From contig JAYGDX010000122.1 of NCBI GenBank assembly GCA_046582655.1, forward strand, positions 1 through 51,878: a stretch of DNA of 51,878 bases, read 5' to 3'. Made by a program: the position numbers and the translations under genes. Every line of letters begins with the position of its first letter. Position 1 is the first letter of the stretch. Source of the stretch: Candidatus Poribacteria bacterium. GTDB taxonomy: Bacteria > Poribacteria > WGA-4E > UBA9662. A model generated the notes under the pieces. It did not search any database and had not been told where the DNA came from. It was given only the letters and a program-made list of their open reading frames with translations. This document shows positions 47,062 through 51,878 of the stretch, in pieces.

Positions 47062-50000
47062 CTAAATAGATTCATCAGCAAAACACACACGTTTCAACAA
47101 CACAGTATCATACACTACATAATCAACCACGCTCACCCATTCACCAATAACAATCGATATAGGGGGTTTCTTCAAGGTAACAACGGTATGGTTTCGATCT
47201 GGGTTGTTGGCGGATTCGATTTCTTCCCATTGGTTGCCATCTTCCCATTCCAGACGGGTTTGGTGCAGATTCCCAGTTCTAGCAACGATGTGAAAATCCA
47301 GCTCAATGGTCTTGTTCCTAACCGAAACAACGCGACCACGACCCAATAACGAGGTCACGTCAAGCTGGAGACAGTATCGGTCAGGTGAAAGCAATTTGAT
47401 GGCATCGATCCGGTAGTAGTTGTGGCTCCGTCCTCTAGGGTTAATCCAGACCCGATCTCCAAGCTCTACTTGCCGAAATCCCTGCACTTCGATGGTGCAC
47501 TCCGAGCAGTTTAGTGTGACGATTGTCGATTGCTGACGCGCGTTAGGGAAAGTGTAATTTTTTCCTGGTATATTTTAATGAACTGCAGCCAGATGCCGAA
47601 AATTTGCCATCAACACTGATTGTCAGGTTACCTCGAAGCTCGGTTCCATCTGAAAAATGCGTACGATCCGTCAGATCGGCATCCGGCGACCAGTAGAACT
47701 GGACAACTTTTCCTCGCTGAGTAATCAGTTCAACACCACTGCCGGATGCTTCATTGTCAATAGATTTGACGTTTCGCAGTGTACCTTCACCTACTCTCGG
47801 TTCAAAAACTAGATCAAGACACGTACGTGTCTTGATCTTTTTGCATGTTTTTCCAGAGCAATGTCCGGTAAGCATAGTTCGAGGTTTCGGGGTTTCCCAT
47901 TACTGCGGTCGATCTGGCGGTTAGAGTTTCCGTGGTAGGGTTGGTGCGAAGTTGGTACACATCAAGATGGACATCTGCTTGCCGAGAAAACTGCCAGCAT
48001 CCTTTCCAAGAAGCAGGTTGGCAGTCTACCATCAGTACATCATCCATACAAGCTAGAGCTGCATGGTCAGGGTAGGCTAAATTATCGATTTCGCCTCGTT
48101 TCCCCTTTGGATCAGCTACCGTTCCTGAACGGGGTGTTTGCTGAACTCCATCGATAACAAAGTCTCCTTCAAGTCCACGACAAACGCGCCAGTGTTCGAT
48201 ACCACCACTGATGCGTATCAAATCAATCAAGGCAACACCATCGCCATCGGTTTCTACTAGAGCGATTAGCCGTTTGAAGGTAATACCGGGTTTGTACCAA
48301 TGCTGCGCCCGTTGATCCCAATTCCAACGCTTTGCTCTGACCTCAACAGCTTGCAAACCACCGACAAAAAATGTTCGCACCAGATGTCCTCGTCCGGAAA
48401 TCTGCTTCGAAAAGTGTGGAGTTGCTGAAGATTTAGCATCTTGACTGATTGGACTAGATATAACCCCCCAAGCGGAATTGTGAGTGCCCCAGTCCCCTTC
48501 CCAATATTTCACACTAGCCCAAGATTATGGATACCCGAGGTCAGTTAGAAATGGTTGGTCGAAAGCATAAAATTGAACGTCCAGTAGATCTTGGTGCCGA
48601 TGTCCCGTAGCGTCTCCATAAATGATGCCCACTGCTGCTCGTTCCGGTATTTCGTTTGTACGCAACGCCTAAGTTGACGCAGATAGCACTCCAACGAGAA
48701 AAGACCATTAGTGTGGATATTATTGCACCCGCCAGTTGCTTCCATCGGTGTACCGTCGGGGAAAAAATTGTTGTACGGAAAAACGCTAAGTTTGGCCAGG
48801 CCTTTGTTATAAAGCCAGCCCATGACTTTCCTGCGCATCTAATCGTTCTAAACAACGCAACAACACCAATACCCCTTCACTAACACGTGGTAGGTTGCTA
48901 ACTGCAGCACCATCTAAACAGCATTGAAGAAGGCAAGCTAACATTTCTTCGATCAACTGTACGACATCTACCGAATTCCGAATTTGTAGGCCTAACACCT
49001 GTGCTCGATTCACTAATTCTTGGTCTGACTTTAGAAATGGCCAGATGGTATCGTAGGCTAATGCTAACGTCTCTCCGATTCCCGAAATATCAATGCTGTA
49101 ACATAAACTTCCCTTGCGGTACAAAGCCGCAATTGGATCCGGATCAGAAGCCCAATCAGGCTGTCCCCAATCCCACGACTTCTCCACCTCATTTGATGGT
49201 CCATATCGGAACTGTGGAACAGCGGCTAAATAGATCTCCTCAACAGCGTAGCGCAACAACATCAGACCCAGTTGGCGAGCAATAGCAACGTCGAATCCCG
49301 ACAAGCGTAATCGATTGGTCAACATGTGGATCGGCGAGATGTAGAGATTAGCCAGATCACGGTGAGATGAAGCCGCGAACAGAAAAATATGGCCTGACGT
49401 GTCAAAGTAACCGAATCCATCGTCGACATAATCCCCCCTGGAAAAGTCTCCCACTGTTAAATCGTTACTAGGGAAGCGGCTACTACAGGATGGACACTCG
49501 GAATGCAGATCCACTGGCAGGTGACTCCGTTTCCAAGGGTAGAATCCGTGAAAACTGAAAATCGCAGTCCCGCAAGATGGACAGCCCTGATGAACGTTGA
49601 CTTAGTGTGCGCGGGGATATTCTGCTTCAGGCAGTTGTTTCCATAGTGTTGTGTCATTTTGGCCAATCCACCAGCGAAGTTATTCCTTAATTAGGGGTAG
49701 AAATGGGTAGATCTTGCAATGTCTGACGTGTTTTGGCCGAATGCCACAGGCTGTCCAACTGGCCAGCGTCTCGGCCAGTACACCCCATTATATTCGTGCG
49801 GATTCCTAAGTTGATCAAGGTGACATACCTGCACCGACACCTGCTCTGATTGATCCTCCACTTGTACGATGATGGTGCAATCACCACTTTCCATTGGTGA
49901 TTTGAGATAAGAAAAAAAGGCCTGATCCCGCTCAGACCACCGGTGGTCGATGATCTGGAATTCCCCTGTTTCAAGTTTGGGGCAAGCGCCGTTGGTCTGG

Positions 50001-50071
50001 ACTGGTAAACGGAACTTCCGACCGGTCATAATTACTCTTGGTGACCACGGAATATATTGTACCTTTGTCAT
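47062..50071 (-). pseudogene. Fragmented heparinase II/III-like polysaccharide lyase
   Basis: Seven consecutive same-strand fragments. Reconstructed motifs: GCPSCG...FYPW...CPSC..RFPSND...DDGFG, EATGGCN, GHRHQDLL (48588-48605, in a frame absent from the ORF track) and DLGYP*..W...THN. In-frame TAA at 49602-49604 and 48525-48527. Confidence 0.75.
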
Positions 50072-50117
50072 TACTCTCTAACTCATAATCCTGCTGATAT
50101 CCCATTGGATATTAGCA

Positions 50118-50936
50118 TTAAAATCTATTGGCGTTTGGGTTGTCCATCACTACACCATCTTTCTGCCGCTCAGATGCTTCCTGTTGCACCCGTTGGCTCC
50201 ACGCCTCGAATTCCGGTGTCATGGCACTGTCGTGAAGAGTTGCCCGTGCACTATAGGGAACATAATTCCCCATATGCCACAAAGTGTTTCGATAGAGGGC
50301 GAAGTCGCCTGCCTCCAAATACAACGGCACCGCGCCAGGCATACTACGACAATATTCCAGACAGATGTGCTCTCTTTCTTCCACCGTCTTGTCCCCCAAA
50401 TTTGGCCCGGAGATGGGACGATCCGGAAACCGCTCCGCCTCGCCAAGTAAATCGTGCCGCAAATGGCTGCCCGGCACCACCCAAGTACAGCTATCATTGT
50501 ACAAGGCGCAGTTGATTTGGTTAAAGAGATTTATGTCCAGCAACCCCTGATTCCATCGTTCCAAGTTCAAGCCACGGATATTGTCGCGCCAATCACGGTG
50601 CCAAGCAGTACAGTAAGGCATTTCTGCTGGTTCCAAAAGAATGCCAAGGTGGTCGCGGTTTCCGTGACGGTGCCGCGGCGTCAGCACCTTGGCGATCGCA
50701 TCTACGAGATCCGGCAATTCAGCGTAGTCGATAAAAGGTTGCTGATCGAGGTCGAAATGTCCCACTGGTTGGAGTCGCTGGACTTGCGAGCCACTCCGCT
50801 CTCGGGCAATTTCCCTCGCGGTATCACTGACCCTACGAAGATCGCTGACCAGTGATGGGGGCAGTATTTTGCCAAATACCGCATATCCTAACATGTGAAA
50901 TTCTTCAATGTGTTGGTCAGAGAGTTGGAATGCCAT
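50118..50936 (-). CDS. Phytanoyl-CoA dioxygenase (PhyH) family protein
   Basis: GYAVF, WHRDW (HxD), VVPGSH and AGDFALYRNTLWHMG. Confidence 0.9.
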   Translation of the reverse strand: MAFQLSDQHIEEFHMLGYAVFGKILPPSLVSDLRRVSDTAREIARERSGSQVQRLQPVGHFDLDQQPFIDYAELPDLVDAIAKVLTPRHRHGNRDHLGILLEPAEMPYCTAWHRDWRDNIRGLNLERWNQGLLDINLFNQINCALYNDSCTWVVPGSHLRHDLLGEAERFPDRPISGPNLGDKTVEEREHICLEYCRSMPGAVPLYLEAGDFALYRNTLWHMGNYVPYSARATLHDSAMTPEFEAWSQRVQQEASERQKDGVVMDNPNANRF

Positions 50937-50979
50937 GTTTTACCCTTGTCTACCATTTCTCAATCAGATAATTATTGCG

Positions 50980-51008
50980 ATTTTATGCTATCTCCATATT
51001 TTCGTCAA
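50980..51008 (-). promoter_or_regulatory. Sigma70 promoter of the phyH-lyase unit
   Basis: Minus strand TTGACG - 17 nt - TAAAAT. Confidence 0.6.
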
Positions 51009-51542
51009 GTGAGCAAAAGTCCTAAAATGACATGCCTATTGTTCAACAACGAGGTTTCATCTTAGATCACTTGGTAAGGTTAAATATTACTGGATTCCAG
51101 CAATAGGGCTGGTGACTCGCCTCCAGTTCATATCTTTTGAAAATGTTATCCCTTCTTGAATTTAGAAAAATGGAAATAACATAATCGTGACCAAGACCTT
51201 AAATTGCCGTAACATCCAATCAGTATATTTTGTTCAAGTTCTATTGGCAGATGATTGGCTGACTTTGTATGATTATTTGTATCAGCCTGTATGATTATCT
51301 ACATCGTTTGATCCCTTGTTTAGCATTTAGGCACATTAATGCTTGATAGGAATTATGCCTAAGTATAATCCAATTATTTGCTGGCAATTAATTTTATTGG
51401 AACATTTGCCTTCAGGGTTAAATGCTGCTATAGGGTTTTTTCCTATCCATCACCGTTTACCTGACATATTGGCATACATCTTACCCGTATATCGACTCTT
51501 TGGTCAATCTCAATTAACTTGAACTTAGAGAAGAATTAACGC

Positions 51543-51878
51543 ATGGAATTAATAACGGGAGATGATTCGGATCCCGAAATGGATGGAGAGTTGAATTCCG
51601 TCTCCGGCAACAACAGAGGTTACTTAATCGACATGGACAGTGTGATTTATCGGGGAAGCAAACTGATCCTGGGATCGGACCTGTTCATCCAAATACTATT
51701 AGAAAAGGAGATTCCTTTTCCATTCCTGACCAATAACAGCCAAAGAAGTCGACGCGATGTTGTGTTAAAGCTAGCGCATATGGGTATTGATGTTGAAATC
51801 AAGCACATTTTCACATATGCTATTTCAACTGCTCGGCTTTTAGCTAGCCAAAAGCCCAACGGTTCGGCATATGTGATT
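51543..51878 (+). CDS. HAD-IIA (NagD-like) phosphatase, 3'-truncated by the window edge
   Basis: Open frame missing from the ORF track: ...GYLIDMDSVIYRG...FLTNNSQRS...KL..MGI.V....IFT...STARLL. Confidence 0.85.
   Translation, partial: MELITGDDSDPEMDGELNSVSGNNRGYLIDMDSVIYRGSKLILGSDLFIQILLEKEIPFPFLTNNSQRSRRDVVLKLAHMGIDVEIKHIFTYAISTARLLASQKPNGSAYVI

Noticed and set aside
47062..50071. Novel multi-gene operon of small proteins, or programmed frameshifting
   Set aside because: Motifs of a single lyase run across the fragment boundaries, and the breaks include in-frame TAA codons, so a pseudogene is the simpler explanation.
1255..51859. Short antisense or nested ORFs in the track (e.g. 13326-13712, 16989-17483, 37129-37509, 50057-50515, 50454-50855, 51647-51859)
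   Set aside because: They overlap well-supported genes on the opposite strand or in another frame and show no recognisable motifs; treated as shadow ORFs.
1..51878. CRISPR array, cas genes, rRNA or tRNA genes
   Set aside because: I saw no regularly spaced 25-45-nt repeats, cas motifs, cloverleaf/T-loop signatures or rRNA-like tracts in the intergenic regions. This was by eye only; Infernal and tRNAscan would be decisive.

Overview
A 51.9-kb chromosomal segment of a moderately AT-rich bacterium. The gene content points to Candidatus Poribacteria or a similar marine heterotroph (inference): a LamG protein ending in AVxPxxxLxTTWxxI, a CRTAC1/ASPIC-UnbV protein, two phytanoyl-CoA dioxygenases, Gfo/Idh/MocA oxidoreductases, a DUF1080 protein and the futalosine gene mqnC. 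Housekeeping genes (topB, uvrB, a PBP1B-type class A PBP, pheS without pheT, a tRNA nucleotidyltransferase, mqnC, an rlmL-like methyltransferase) are mixed with carbohydrate-catabolic genes, three GT-C-like membrane glycosyltransferases and several lipoproteins. The last 13.5 kb holds at least three decayed genes that the ORF track misses or splits: a PlsC-type acyltransferase, a GT-C glycosyltransferase and a heparinase II/III-like lyase. I found no rRNA, tRNA, CRISPR array, transposase or integrase. The best leads are: (1) an orphan FliM-middle-domain protein translationally coupled to what looks like a CC-adding (not CCA-adding) enzyme; (2) an ASPIC/UnbV-ankyrin fusion; (3) a candidate lineage-specific C-terminal sorting motif; (4) a PBP1B-uvrB-unknown operon facing an Ig/LysM lipoprotein pair; (5) an uncharacterised dehydrogenase-amidohydrolase-lactonase-kinase operon. 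All family calls come from reading motifs by eye; no database search was run.
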